DNA of 64,000 nt from Nitrosopumilus sp. (GTDB lineage: Archaea; Thermoproteota; Nitrososphaeria; Nitrososphaerales; Nitrosopumilaceae): contig OZ240211.1 in assembly GCA_965197525.1 (NCBI GenBank), positions 1,376,001-1,440,000 on the forward strand, given 5' to 3'. The translations under genes were made by a program, and so were the position numbers. The notes below the pieces were generated by a model. The model was not told the DNA's origin, searched no databases, and worked only from the letters and a program-made list of their open reading frames with translations. Shown here piece after piece: positions 20,662-30,403 of this stretch. Each line of letters opens with the position of its first letter. Position 1 is the first letter of the stretch.

Positions 20662-20943
20662 ATGGTAGCTACGAGTAGAATTGTTTGGATGAGTGCCGAT
20701 ACTTACTGCAGTCCAGAAAAACAATATGGATTATTAAAATCGCTAGTTGACTTTTACCACAAGGCGCAACAAACTCTTAGAGAAGGTAGATTATTATCTG
20801 ATATACGTACTCTGCCAATACTGACTAGTCTTCTTAAAACTAGAATTGATATTAAATATGACCAGATGCCAAAAATAGATCAATTAGATAAAAGTATGCA
20901 AACCCCATTCAAATCAATTACAGGAGTGAAAGTATCGAATTGA
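20662..20943 (+). pseudogene. atpA: ATP synthase subunit A remnant (about 11 N-terminal residues fused in frame to about 80 C-terminal residues)
   Basis: MVATSRIVWMS|A|DTYCSPEKQY...[11 protein letters not shown] at the atpA position between atpE and atpB; no Walker A/B. Confidence 0.85.
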
Positions 20944-22325
20944 CAACAACAGGTGGAATCCAATACAGTAAGATTGCCGAGATCAAAGGTCCTCTAGTTG
21001 TGGTAGACGACGTTGAGAGTGCAGCATTTGATGAGTTAGTTGAGATTGAAACTACTGACGGCGAAAGAAGATTGGGTAAAGTCCTTGAAGTAGGAAATGG
21101 TAAAGCAGTTGTCCAAGTTTTTGAGGGAACAACTGGTTTGTCTATATCTGAAACCAATGCAAAGTTTGTAGGTAAAGTTATGGAGATGCCAGTATCAAAA
21201 GAGGTGCTAGGTAGAGTCTTTGATGGATTAGGTAGACCAAAAGACGGACTACCGGATCCAATTGCTGATAAATTTATTGACATTAATGGCGAACCTATGA
21301 ATCCTGAACAGCGTGAATATCCGAAAGACTTTATTCAAACCGGCGTCTCCGTCATTGACGGAATGATGACTCTGGTAAGGGGACAAAAACTTCCAATATT
21401 CTCAGGCTCAGGCATGTCTCACAATCTTCTGGCAGCACAAATTGCAAGACAGGCCAGTGTTCTTGGAACACAAGATGACTTTGCTGTAGTATTTGCAGCA
21501 ATAGGCGTGCAGTATAGTGAGGCAGAATATTTCAGACGAAGTTTAGAAGAGTCTGGAGCACTCAAAAGGAGTGTGCTATTTTTAAATACAGCAGACGATC
21601 CTGCAATTGAGAGGATTATTACTCCACGTGTAGCACTTACTGTAGCTGAGTACCTAGCTTTTGATTTAGGAATGCATGTTTTAGTTATTCTAACTGATAT
21701 GACAAACTATGCAGAGGCATTAAGGGAGATAAGTGCAGCACGAGAAGAGGTTCCTGGAAGAAAAGGATATCCAGGCTATCTTTACACTGATCTTTCAACA
21801 ATATATGAGCGAGCAGGTAAACTAAATGGAAGAGATGGAAGTGTTACCCAAGTTCCTATTCTATCCATGCCATCGGATGATATCACTCATCCGATACCTG
21901 ATCTGACAGGTTATATCACAGAAGGTCAAGTAGTACTAGGCAGAGATCTATTCAGACAAGGCATATATCCACCAATCAATATTTTGATGAGTCTTAGTAG
22001 GTTGATGAAAGATGGTATTGGTGAAGGCAGTACAAGAGCAGATCACGGCGAAATATCCAACCAAGTCTATGATGCGTATTCTCGATCACAAGAGGTGAAA
22101 GCATTAGCAGGTATTGTTGGAAAAGCAGGCCTAACTGACATTGATCTTAAATATATGGACGTAGGTGAGATCTTTGAAAAAGAGTTTCTTACACAAGCAA
22201 CTGATGAGAATAGAACTATTGAAGAGACACTGGCAATTCTATGGAAGATTGTATCAAAACTACCAAAAAGCGAGATTACAAAGATCAAAGACAAATTTAT
22301 TGATCAATACTACAAGGACGAATAA
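20940..22325 (+). CDS. atpB: A/V-type ATP synthase subunit B
   Basis: [43 protein letters not shown]; full length. Confidence 0.97.
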   Translation: MTTTGGIQYSKIAEIKGPLVVVDDVESAAFDELVEIETTDGERRLGKVLEVGNGKAVVQVFEGTTGLSISETNAKFVGKVMEMPVSKEVLGRVFDGLGRPKDGLPDPIADKFIDINGEPMNPEQREYPKDFIQTGVSVIDGMMTLVRGQKLPIFSGSGMSHNLLAAQIARQASVLGTQDDFAVVFAAIGVQYSEAEYFRRSLEESGALKRSVLFLNTADDPAIERIITPRVALTVAEYLAFDLGMHVLVILTDMTNYAEALREISAAREEVPGRKGYPGYLYTDLSTIYERAGKLNGRDGSVTQVPILSMPSDDITHPIPDLTGYITEGQVVLGRDLFRQGIYPPINILMSLSRLMKDGIGEGSTRADHGEISNQVYDAYSRSQEVKALAGIVGKAGLTDIDLKYMDVGEIFEKEFLTQATDENRTIEETLAILWKIVSKLPKSEITKIKDKFIDQYYKDE

Positions 22326-22328
22326 ATA

Positions 22329-22961
22329 ATGTCATTTGGACAAAACGTTGCTGCGACAAAGATTGAACTGCTAAAATATAAAAAATCAACCCAAGTTGCA
22401 GTCATGGTTCAGAAAATTTTAGATGACAAACGGAAAATTCTTTTAAAAAATGTCGAAGAAATGATTACTGAAGCATCAAAAGCAAGAGGTGGGATTTGGG
22501 ATCCACTACAAGACATCTATACAGCAGTTAATGAAGCATATCTGGCACTTGGTACCAATACAGTTGATTCTGTTGCCGAATCAACTCCACCTGTGATGGA
22601 AGTAGATGTTTATATTAAACGTGTAGTTGACGTAAAAATTCCTGCACTCACAGTAACTGAAAAGGATACAAAATCAATGCCTTATGGATTTGCAGATACA
22701 AATTCTTCTATTGACAGAGCTGCCAAACAGATCAAAGAGCTACTTCCAAAAATCTGCAAAGCAGCCGAGTATGAAAATTCTATCTTTAGTCTTGCCAAAG
22801 CATTAGAAAAGACTCAAAAGTTGTTAAATGCACTTGAAAACGTAATTATTCCTCAATATAGCCAAAAAATTAGATTTATTTTAGCTACTCTTGAGGAGAG
22901 AGAGCGAGAAGAATTCGCAAAGTTAAAAAAAGTCAAAGCAAAGATGGAGAGTAGAAAGTAA
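22329..22961 (+). CDS. atpD: A/V-type ATP synthase subunit D
   Basis: TKIELLKYKK, LDDKR, KTQKLLNALE..IIP, LEEREREEF. Confidence 0.93.
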   Translation: MSFGQNVAATKIELLKYKKSTQVAVMVQKILDDKRKILLKNVEEMITEASKARGGIWDPLQDIYTAVNEAYLALGTNTVDSVAESTPPVMEVDVYIKRVVDVKIPALTVTEKDTKSMPYGFADTNSSIDRAAKQIKELLPKICKAAEYENSIFSLAKALEKTQKLLNALENVIIPQYSQKIRFILATLEEREREEFAKLKKVKAKMESRK

Positions 22962-23092
22962 TGGCAAACAAAGAGATAAAAAAATTATTAAACAAATCTA
23001 AAAAGAAACTAGACGCTGACTACGATAATTTTGTCAAATCTATCGAGACTGATCTACAGTCGTTTAAAAAGACAACATTATCTCAGATCTAA
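22961..23092 (+). CDS. 43-aa helical peptide coupled to atpD (not in ORF track)
   Basis: TAATG stop/start overlap with atpD; MANKEIKKLLNKSKKKLDADYDNFVKSIETDLQSFKKTTLSQI*. Confidence 0.55.
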   Translation: MANKEIKKLLNKSKKKLDADYDNFVKSIETDLQSFKKTTLSQI

Positions 23093-23110
23093 ATTTAACG
23101 TCTATCATGA

Positions 23111-23118
23111 TTTAAATA
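23111..23118 (+). promoter_or_regulatory. TATA box upstream of atpK
   Basis: TTTAAATA about 26 nt upstream of the ATG at 23144. Confidence 0.55.
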
Positions 23119-23143
23119 AGGATCTAAAAAAGCCACTTCATAA

Positions 23144-23449
23144 ATGAAAACAATCGTCATGTTACTTTTGGCAGCATCAGTAATCTCAATTCTTGGTTCA
23201 ACTGGAATTGCATATGCCCAAGAGGACTCTGCATCTAGCGGTGACTCTATGAAACTTCTAGGAGCTGGTTTAGCATTTGGTATTGCAGCCGGCGGAGCAG
23301 GAATTGGTCTTGGTCAGGTAGGTGCAGCAGGACTTGCAGTTATTAGCGAGAATCCTGCATTACAGTCAAAGGTGTTTATCTTCGTAGGCATGGTTGAATC
23401 AATTGCCATCTACGGCATAGTCATGATGTTTATCATCTTGGGACAGTAG
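23144..23449 (+). CDS. atpK: ATP synthase proteolipid subunit K/c with N-terminal leader
   Basis: GAGLAFGIAAGGAGIG hairpin; conserved Glu in GMVESIAIYG. Confidence 0.95.
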   Translation: MKTIVMLLLAASVISILGSTGIAYAQEDSASSGDSMKLLGAGLAFGIAAGGAGIGLGQVGAAGLAVISENPALQSKVFIFVGMVESIAIYGIVMMFIILGQ

Positions 23450-23485
23450 GTCAAACTATATATTTTCAATTTTTTGTTTTATCTC

Positions 23486-23947
23486 TTAATTATATTTTAG
23501 TTGGTTTACATCCAGTACTCGTGCACAATATCTGCATTTTAACACCCTTTTGACTTTATCAACCACTACCATCACTGATTCTATATGTTCTGTACTGTTT
23601 GTAACGCAGTCTAAATTTGGACATTTGAAAATTCTATCTATCTCGTTTGGTAGAGCCACTCTTCTCTTTTCAACAAGTTTGTACTCTTTTATCATGTTAA
23701 TTGTCGCTTTTGGTGCAATAACTGCCAATTTGTTTGTGTCATCATCTTTGAGAAATTTATTCTCTACTTTGATTATATCCTTTTTCTTAAATTTTCCACT
23801 TGGAACATTCAATGCTATGGTAATCAGGCTACCATCGTTACCATCAATTCTTAACGCAGTCAGCACTTGCAAGCCCTTACCTTCATCGATATGATCAATT
23901 ACGGTCCCTTCTTTTATTCGTCGAACTAGTAGATCAGAACGCTCCAT
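23486..23947 (-). CDS. pyrI: Aspartate carbamoyltransferase regulatory chain
   Basis: GTVIDHI, KKDIIKVE, CPNLDCVT...CRYC. Confidence 0.95.
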   Translation of the reverse strand: MERSDLLVRRIKEGTVIDHIDEGKGLQVLTALRIDGNDGSLITIALNVPSGKFKKKDIIKVENKFLKDDDTNKLAVIAPKATINMIKEYKLVEKRRVALPNEIDRIFKCPNLDCVTNSTEHIESVMVVVDKVKRVLKCRYCARVLDVNQLKYN

Positions 23948-23987
23948 CAGAATATTTGTATAGTCACTTGTATATATTATTGAAAGA

Positions 23988-24917
23988 GTGAACGAATTCT
24001 ATCATAAAGACATCATCTCTATTAAGGATTTAACTAGAGATAAACTTGAACAGATTTTTGCTGCTACTGAAAAAATTATGCAATTAAATCCAACGCAGAG
24101 ACACGAGATCTGTAAAGGTAAAACCCTAGGGTATCTATTTTATGAACCTAGTACACGAACTCGTCTTAGCTTTGATTCTGCTATAGCATCAGTTGGTGGA
24201 ACATCTTTGGGCATCTCTGACGTTACGTCATCTTCTGCGCAAAAAGGTGAAAGTCTTGCTGATACTGTCAGAATGATGTCTATCTATTCTGATATTCTTG
24301 TTTTACGGCATCCTTTAGATGGATCAAGTAGGTTTGCCTCTGAGATCTCAGACAGACCTGTAATCAATGCTGGTAGTGGAACAGAAGAGCATCCTACACA
24401 AGCAATACAAGATCTATTTACCATCAAACAAGAGAAAAAAAAGATAGACGGTCTAAAAATTGGGGTTGTAGGCGATCTGAAATACGGGCGAACGATCTAT
24501 TCTTTATTATATGGATTGGGTAATTATGACGTCGAAGTACATCTGATCTCTCCTGAATCACTACGAATAAGATCTGATTCAACGTATGATATAAAGAAGA
24601 GACTGGATTTTACCGAGTCCACTAATATTGAAGAGTACATCGACGATCTTGACGTTCTTTATATGACACGAATTCAAAAAGAGAGATTTCCTGACGAGGA
24701 AGAGTATCGCAAAGTTAAAGGAAGCTATGTTGTAGGTCTTGACATGCTACAAAAGATGAAGCATGATTCAATAATTTTACATCCACTTCCAAGAGTAGAT
24801 GAGATTACCTCTGATGTGGATAAAACTCCTAATGCCAAATATTTCAAACAAGCCGAGTATGGCAAACATACCCGTGCAGCAATATTGGGTCTTATACTTA
24901 ACGAGGATGGTTTTTGA
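23988..24917 (-). CDS. pyrB: Aspartate carbamoyltransferase catalytic chain
   Basis: FYEPSTRTRLSF, HPTQAIQD, GDLKYGRT, LHPLPR. Confidence 0.97.
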
Positions 24918-24968
24918 TATTATTTAACATCGCATTCAATATATCTAGAGACATCTCAAACTAGATAG

Positions 24969-25679
24969 TTGACTGACACAAAAATCATTCCAATATTTCC
25001 TTTAGATCTAGTCTTATTTCCAAGACAAGAGCTTCCACTTCGAATATTTGAGCCTAGATACAAACAACTAGTTGATGATTGTATGCTAGGAGACAAGCAG
25101 TTTGGTGTATGCCTAATTGACAGAATCAATTCTCTTAATGGTTGGGACTCACCTAAAATGATTGGAACTATTGCTAAAATCTCTAAATGTGAAGATGCTG
25201 AGCTTGATGGATCAACATTGCATATTGAAACTATAGGCCGCAGCTCTTTTCAAATTCAAAAAATAATTCCACCCGATATTCCGCAACCTGCCAACTATGA
25301 TCCACATTCAGTACAAGGATTACAAGACATATATGAAATTCATGAAAAGCTTGGAATACAAAAAAAGATGTACATACGTGCACACGTTGAAATGATGCCA
25401 GAGATTGACGAAAATATCTCTCTTACACAATGGGAAAAATTAATAGAATTATGGAAAAAGAAGATCATACACCAAGCCTTACCTCAAATAGTTGACTCGC
25501 ATTCTTTAGATCATATGTTACAACAATACTACCTTGACACCGTCACTCCTACAATTGATTATGTATATTCTCTGTCTGCGCTTGGTGCAAGTAATCCAAA
25601 TGAACTCCAACCAATCTTGGAGGCTACAAATATGGATGAATTAATTCGTCGGGTTCAAGTACTAATGACTGTAAAATAA
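24969..25679 (-). CDS. LON peptidase substrate-binding-domain protein (standalone)
   Basis: IPIFPLDLVLFPRQELPLRIFEPRYKQLVDDC. Confidence 0.8.
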
Positions 25680-25719
25680 CAGTAATCAGATACAAATATG
25701 AGATATAGATAGTTTAATC

Positions 25720-27126
25720 ATGGTAATGACGACTATGGCTATGACTACCACAATGATAGCCATGCTGCAGTCAAGAAAAATTATAATATTTGGACTAGTC
25801 GCTGTTTTATGTCTATTTTTTCCAAGTGACGTTTATGGTCACGGTTTAGGGCTTGATACTATCTCATCAGTTGATGTTCAAGGCAAGAAATTGTCCATAT
25901 CAGTAGAGATGCCATTAACTTTTGAGGACGCCCAAGACCAAATCACAATCACTGCCACTGAAGATGAAACCAAAGAGAATGCTGCCAACGTAACTTTCTT
26001 GATTGGGTTATTTCATGACAACGAAATGATCTTTAGGAATTATTTCTTTGCAGAAGATGGCATCTTATCTATTACGATAACACCAACACAAGATGATGAG
26101 ATAACAATTCATGGTATCCAAGATTCACTACTTGGTGCATGGCACCGGACACCAACAGAACCAATAGAGATAACAGGACCTATCTTTACCTCAGGCGGTC
26201 TATATAATTTTGAGATTGAGATACGAACTATCGATGAGCCAACCAATATCATAGAGAACTCGGGTGTTTATAATGCTGATTTGAGCGTAATTGAGACTGT
26301 ATCATTTATTCAACAAGACTCTCAAAACAACGATGTACAATTTCGTTTTAAATCATATTTTGACTCTATCTCTAACTTTCAATATCACCCTAGCACTCAG
26401 CAAGTGACATTTGAGATGCCATTTGATTGGAGCGAAAAACAGGCATCTCATGTATCTGTAGTACACCTTGAGACTCATTTTCCAAAAGATTTTGTTGAAT
26501 TTTTATCTCCTAGTTACACTGGAACTGCAAATGGCATTCCTCTCTTTAAATCATCTGTAACTATTGACGATTATACAGAAGATGATGAGAGAATAGTTCA
26601 TTTTGTTTTATTGCAAGATCATTTGAAATTTTTAAAAAATGAGATGAAAAAATCAGACACTCCATTATCTGATAGTATTATGTTTACACTATCTACTAGT
26701 CCGGATATTGTATTTCCATTAGAAGCATACACAAGAAGTGAAGATTTTAAAATAAACCTTTCATGGGATCCATTAGATGTAGAGCCTGAAATCCCTACAA
26801 ATTTTATTTTTACTATTAGAGATGGAAAAACCAATGAACCATTAAGAAATTCCGATTATACATTTGTAATTATTCAAAATGATCAAGAGATTTATCGTAC
26901 AACAGGAACTGCTCAGATTGGAGGTGAGTTTGAAAAATTTACTTTTAAAGAGGAACAGACAGGTCCGACCACCATTAAATTCGAAAACATTAGAAATACC
27001 GGTCAAGAAACTGAATTTGCACTAGTTGTCGTACCTGAATTTGGAGCTATAACTTTGCTTGTTCTTGTAATCTCAATAACTAGTATAATATTTATCACAA
27101 GACAAAAAACCATTCTAACTGTCTAA
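25720..27126 (-). CDS. Secreted surface protein with PEFG-CTERM anchor
   Basis: Signal peptide ending 'VYG|HGLG'; C-terminal VVPEFG + TM + basic residues. Confidence 0.8.
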
Positions 27127-27506
27127 AGCGCAACTAGCTTTACAGTATCCATATTCTTATTCCTCTGAAAATCTTTTGTTATTGTCAAAACCTTCTCTGC
27201 ATCTCCATTAATTAGAAATAACTCCATACACTTTTCTTTCTCAATTTTACTATGCAGATGCGTTGTAATAAGATCTTCAAAATTATGTGTAATCCCAGAA
27301 ACAACATGATCAAATTCGTCGTTGTGAACTACCAGTAAAATGGCATGAATGTCTCCCGATAAATTCGCTTTTTGCTTCTCTTCGGATACGAACGCTCTTG
27401 TGGCAGCTCTTATGGCCTCAGACCTGCCTGAAAAACCTATTGTTGATTGTAATTTTTCTAACTCTGATAATATCTCATTATTTAGTGATATTGAGACTAT
27501 GGGCAT
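27123..27506 (-). CDS. NikR-family ribbon-helix-helix metal-responsive regulator
   Basis: IVSISL..E...L...GFSGRSEAIR RHH; His-rich ACT-like domain (HSKIEKEKCMELF). Confidence 0.85.
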   Translation of the reverse strand: MPIVSISLNNEILSELEKLQSTIGFSGRSEAIRAATRAFVSEEKQKANLSGDIHAILLVVHNDEFDHVVSGITHNFEDLITTHLHSKIEKEKCMELFLINGDAEKVLTITKDFQRNKNMDTVKLVAL

Positions 27507-27596
27507 ACACCAAATATTATTAACTATTTTATAAGTTTAGCATTAAATATTATTAATATATTATAGATTTATTAATAACTTGGATCAGTACTGGGT

Positions 27597-28865
27597 ATGA
27601 ATCGCCAAACTAAACTTGCAGTTGCAGCAATCATGATTATAATTCCTCTAAGTATTGTAGGAGTTTATAGTACTAGTATTGATTCACCAACAATTGATGA
27701 GTCTAGTGATTCAAAATTAAAAGTTATTGCATCATTTGATCCACTTTATAGATTCTCAAAAATAGTTGGAGGTGATTTAGTTGATGTTACTTTACTTGTT
27801 CCAGTAGGCGTAGAGCCACATGATTGGGAACCAACAGTAAATGATGTAAGAGAAATAAATGCATCTGATCTAATAGTTATCAACGGCATAGGTTTTGAGA
27901 CCTGGGTTGATGATCTGTATATTAATAATTATCAAGGAAGAATAATTGATACTAGTATTGGTATTTTTAATGATGAAGAAAAAGGACACACTGATGAAGA
28001 AAGGCATGATGAAGAACATGAAGAGGGACACACTGATGAAGAAAGGCATGATGAAGAACATGAAGAGGGACACACTGATGAAGAAAGGCATGATGAAGAA
28101 CATGAAGAGGGACACACTGATGAAGAAAGGCATGATGAAGAACATGAAGAGGGACACACTGATGAAGAAAGGCATGATGAAGAACATGAAGAGGGACACA
28201 CTGATGAAGAAAGGCATGATGAAGAACATGAAGAGGGACACACTGATGAAGAAAGGCATGATGAAGAACATGAAGAGGGACACACTGATGAAGAAAGGCA
28301 TGATGAAGAACATGAAGAGGGACACGTACATGAATCAGGCGATCCTCATATTTGGTTAAATCCAGTTTATGCTAAAATTCAAATCCAAAATATTGCAGAT
28401 GCGTTCTCTGAATCTGATCCTCAAAATAGAGAATATTATCAGAAAAATGCTGTTGCCTATATCCAAAAACTCGATCAACTTGATTTACAAATTAGAGACG
28501 AGTTATCTGGTTGCAAAACTGATTTTATAGCTTTTCATAATGCATTCTCGTATTTTGCAAATGAGTATGGTCTTACACAACACACAATTGTTTCATCAAG
28601 TGGTTCTCATGGTGAGGTTACGGCCAAGACGCTACAAGATGTAATTTCTACTGCTAAATCATTAGATATCAAAATAATTTTCAGTGAAGAGAATGTATCT
28701 TCTAGAACATCTGAAATAATCGCAGATGAAATCGGAGGTGATGTATTGCTCTTATCACCGTTGGAGATAACTAATACCGAAGATGATAATGATGATGATG
28801 ATGCCGACTATATCTCTCGAATGACTACAAATCTTGAAAATCTAAGAGTAGCTCTATGTCAATAA
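27597..28865 (+). CDS. znuA: Zn/Mn ABC transporter substrate-binding protein with expanded His/Glu loop
   Basis: EPHDWEP, DPHIWL, HNAFSYFA cluster A-I motifs. Confidence 0.9.
   Translation: MNRQTKLAVAAIMIIIPLSIVGVYSTSIDSPTIDESSDSKLKVIASFDPLYRFSKIVGGDLVDVTLLVPVGVEPHDWEPTVNDVREINASDLIVINGIGFETWVDDLYINNYQGRIIDTSIGIFNDEEKGHTDEERHDEEHEEGHTDEERHDEEHEEGHTDEERHDEEHEEGHTDEERHDEEHEEGHTDEERHDEEHEEGHTDEERHDEEHEEGHTDEERHDEEHEEGHTDEERHDEEHEEGHVHESGDPHIWLNPVYAKIQIQNIADAFSESDPQNREYYQKNAVAYIQKLDQLDLQIRDELSGCKTDFIAFHNAFSYFANEYGLTQHTIVSSSGSHGEVTAKTLQDVISTAKSLDIKIIFSEENVSSRTSEIIADEIGGDVLLLSPLEITNTEDDNDDDDADYISRMTTNLENLRVALCQ
27984..28319 (+). repeat. 8 x 42-bp perfect coding tandem repeat (GHTDEERHDEEHEE)
   Basis: 336 bp = 8 identical units, each beginning GGACACACTGATGAAGAAAGG. 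Confidence 0.95.
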
Positions 28866-29578
28866 TTGCTGAGATTAGTAATCTGACAGTTGGCTATTCC
28901 TATGTTAATGCGCTTGAGAATGTCAGTTTTTCTGTCAAATCTGGAGATTTTTTAGGCATAATCGGCCCTAATGGCGCAGGCAAATCTACTTTATTTGATG
29001 CTATGCTGGGGCTATCTCCTAGGTACGAGGGCACTATCAAATTTTTTGGAGAAGATATCAAAAAATCACGAGGCTATCTCAAAGAGATTGGATACGTACC
29101 GCAAAAACCTGTCTTTGAAAGAAACTTTCCAGTAACCGTAACCGATGTCGTTAGAATGGGATTGAAAAAACAATCAGATGAAAAAAAGATTGATAAAATT
29201 TTACAACAATTATGGATACACGAACTACGTAATAGGAGAATAGGCGAACTGTCAGGAGGTGAGCAACAACGAGTCTTCATTGCAAAAGCCCTTGTTCACA
29301 GTCCGAAGATACTGATCCTCGATGAACCTGTAACTGGCATTGATGTACAAAGTCAAGAGTTGTTTTATAGTATTCTTCGTAAACTAAACACTGAACAAAA
29401 AATTACCATTATTTGGTCTTCTCATGATTTAGATGCAGTCAACAAACTAGCAAATCATGTAGCATGTTTAAACAGAACGTTATTTTTTCATGGTGAATCG
29501 GAAAGATTTTTCTCCGATGATCAACTTGTTAAACAATATTCTGAAGCTTCTATGCAAAAACATATGCACCATCATTGA
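28856..29578 (+). CDS. znuC: Metal ABC transporter ATPase
   Basis: GPNGAGKS, LSGGEQQR, ILDEP, SSHD. Confidence 0.9.
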   Translation: MSIIAEISNLTVGYSYVNALENVSFSVKSGDFLGIIGPNGAGKSTLFDAMLGLSPRYEGTIKFFGEDIKKSRGYLKEIGYVPQKPVFERNFPVTVTDVVRMGLKKQSDEKKIDKILQQLWIHELRNRRIGELSGGEQQRVFIAKALVHSPKILILDEPVTGIDVQSQELFYSILRKLNTEQKITIIWSSHDLDAVNKLANHVACLNRTLFFHGESERFFSDDQLVKQYSEASMQKHMHHH

Positions 29579-29584
29579 TGTATC

Positions 29585-30403
29585 ATGTCCTTTGAAATTC
29601 TCACCTTTAGTTTTATGCATAGAGCCCTGATATCTGGAGTTGCAATAGCAATTCTTTGTTCAGTGGTTGGATTATTCCTAGTCTTACGCCGTTATTCCCT
29701 ATTTGGAGACGCGTTAGCACATTCGTCATTTGGTGGAGTTGCGTTTGGATTATTTGCAGGAATCTATCCATTATGGACAGCATATGGTGTGTCGATAGCG
29801 AGCGCCATAATCATCACAAAAATCAAAGACAAATACAACATATCCGGTGATGCATCTATTGCCGTTCTGTTATCTTCTGGTATCGCAGTGGGGCTTGTCA
29901 TTATTGGACTATCTGGAGGATTTACGATTGATATCTTTAGTTTTCTCTTTGGGAGTATACTGCTTGTTAGTGTTGATGATACTATTTTGATACTATCACT
30001 AACAGGAGCAATTCTAATTATAATTTTATTATTATATAGACAAATTCTTTATTCTACATTTAATGAACAGCAGGCCAAAGTCAGTGGGATTCCGGTAGAG
30101 AAAATAAATTATTTAATAGTTTTTATGGCAGGCATTACAGTTGTTACATCAATCCAACTCGTAGGTGTATTGTTAATCTCTGCTTTGTTTGTAATCCCAA
30201 ATATTACTGCAATTATGTATGGTAGAGGATTTCAGCAAACTGCTATAATTTCAATGGGCTTTTCTGTATTTTCTGTTGTTATGGGAATTTTAATCTCTTA
30301 CGTATTTGATATCACGCCTGCAGGTACGATAGTATTGTTGTCAATCGCCTTACTTGCTGGAACTATGGGAATAAAATCGGCAGGACTGCTATCTAAGAAT
30401 TGA
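29585..30403 (+). CDS. znuB: Metal ABC transporter permease
   Basis: LFGDALAHSSFGG, FLFGSIL, VGVLLISAL..IP. Confidence 0.9.
   Translation: MSFEILTFSFMHRALISGVAIAILCSVVGLFLVLRRYSLFGDALAHSSFGGVAFGLFAGIYPLWTAYGVSIASAIIITKIKDKYNISGDASIAVLLSSGIAVGLVIIGLSGGFTIDIFSFLFGSILLVSVDDTILILSLTGAILIIILLLYRQILYSTFNEQQAKVSGIPVEKINYLIVFMAGITVVTSIQLVGVLLISALFVIPNITAIMYGRGFQQTAIISMGFSVFSVVMGILISYVFDITPAGTIVLLSIALLAGTMGIKSAGLLSKN

Noticed and set aside
20662-20943. Intein, intron or frameshift explanation for the short atpA
   Set aside because: Sequence is missing rather than added; only 282 bp lie between atpE and atpB.
23144-23449. Q...ES...Y residues in subunit K as evidence for a Na+-coupled ATP synthase
   Set aside because: The pattern is suggestive, but ion specificity cannot be settled from it and it is probably shared with other AOA, so it is not distinctive.
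27507-27596. NikR operator (AATATTATTAA direct repeat, TTATTAATAA palindrome)
   Set aside because: The region is extremely AT-rich, so such matches are expected by chance; footprinting or cross-genome conservation is needed.
27870-28359. Repeat region as a CRISPR array, and three alternative-frame ORFs (27870-28331, 27932-28285, 27946-28359)
   Set aside because: The units are head-to-tail with no spacers and lie in frame within znuA; the other ORFs are stop-free shadows of the repeat.
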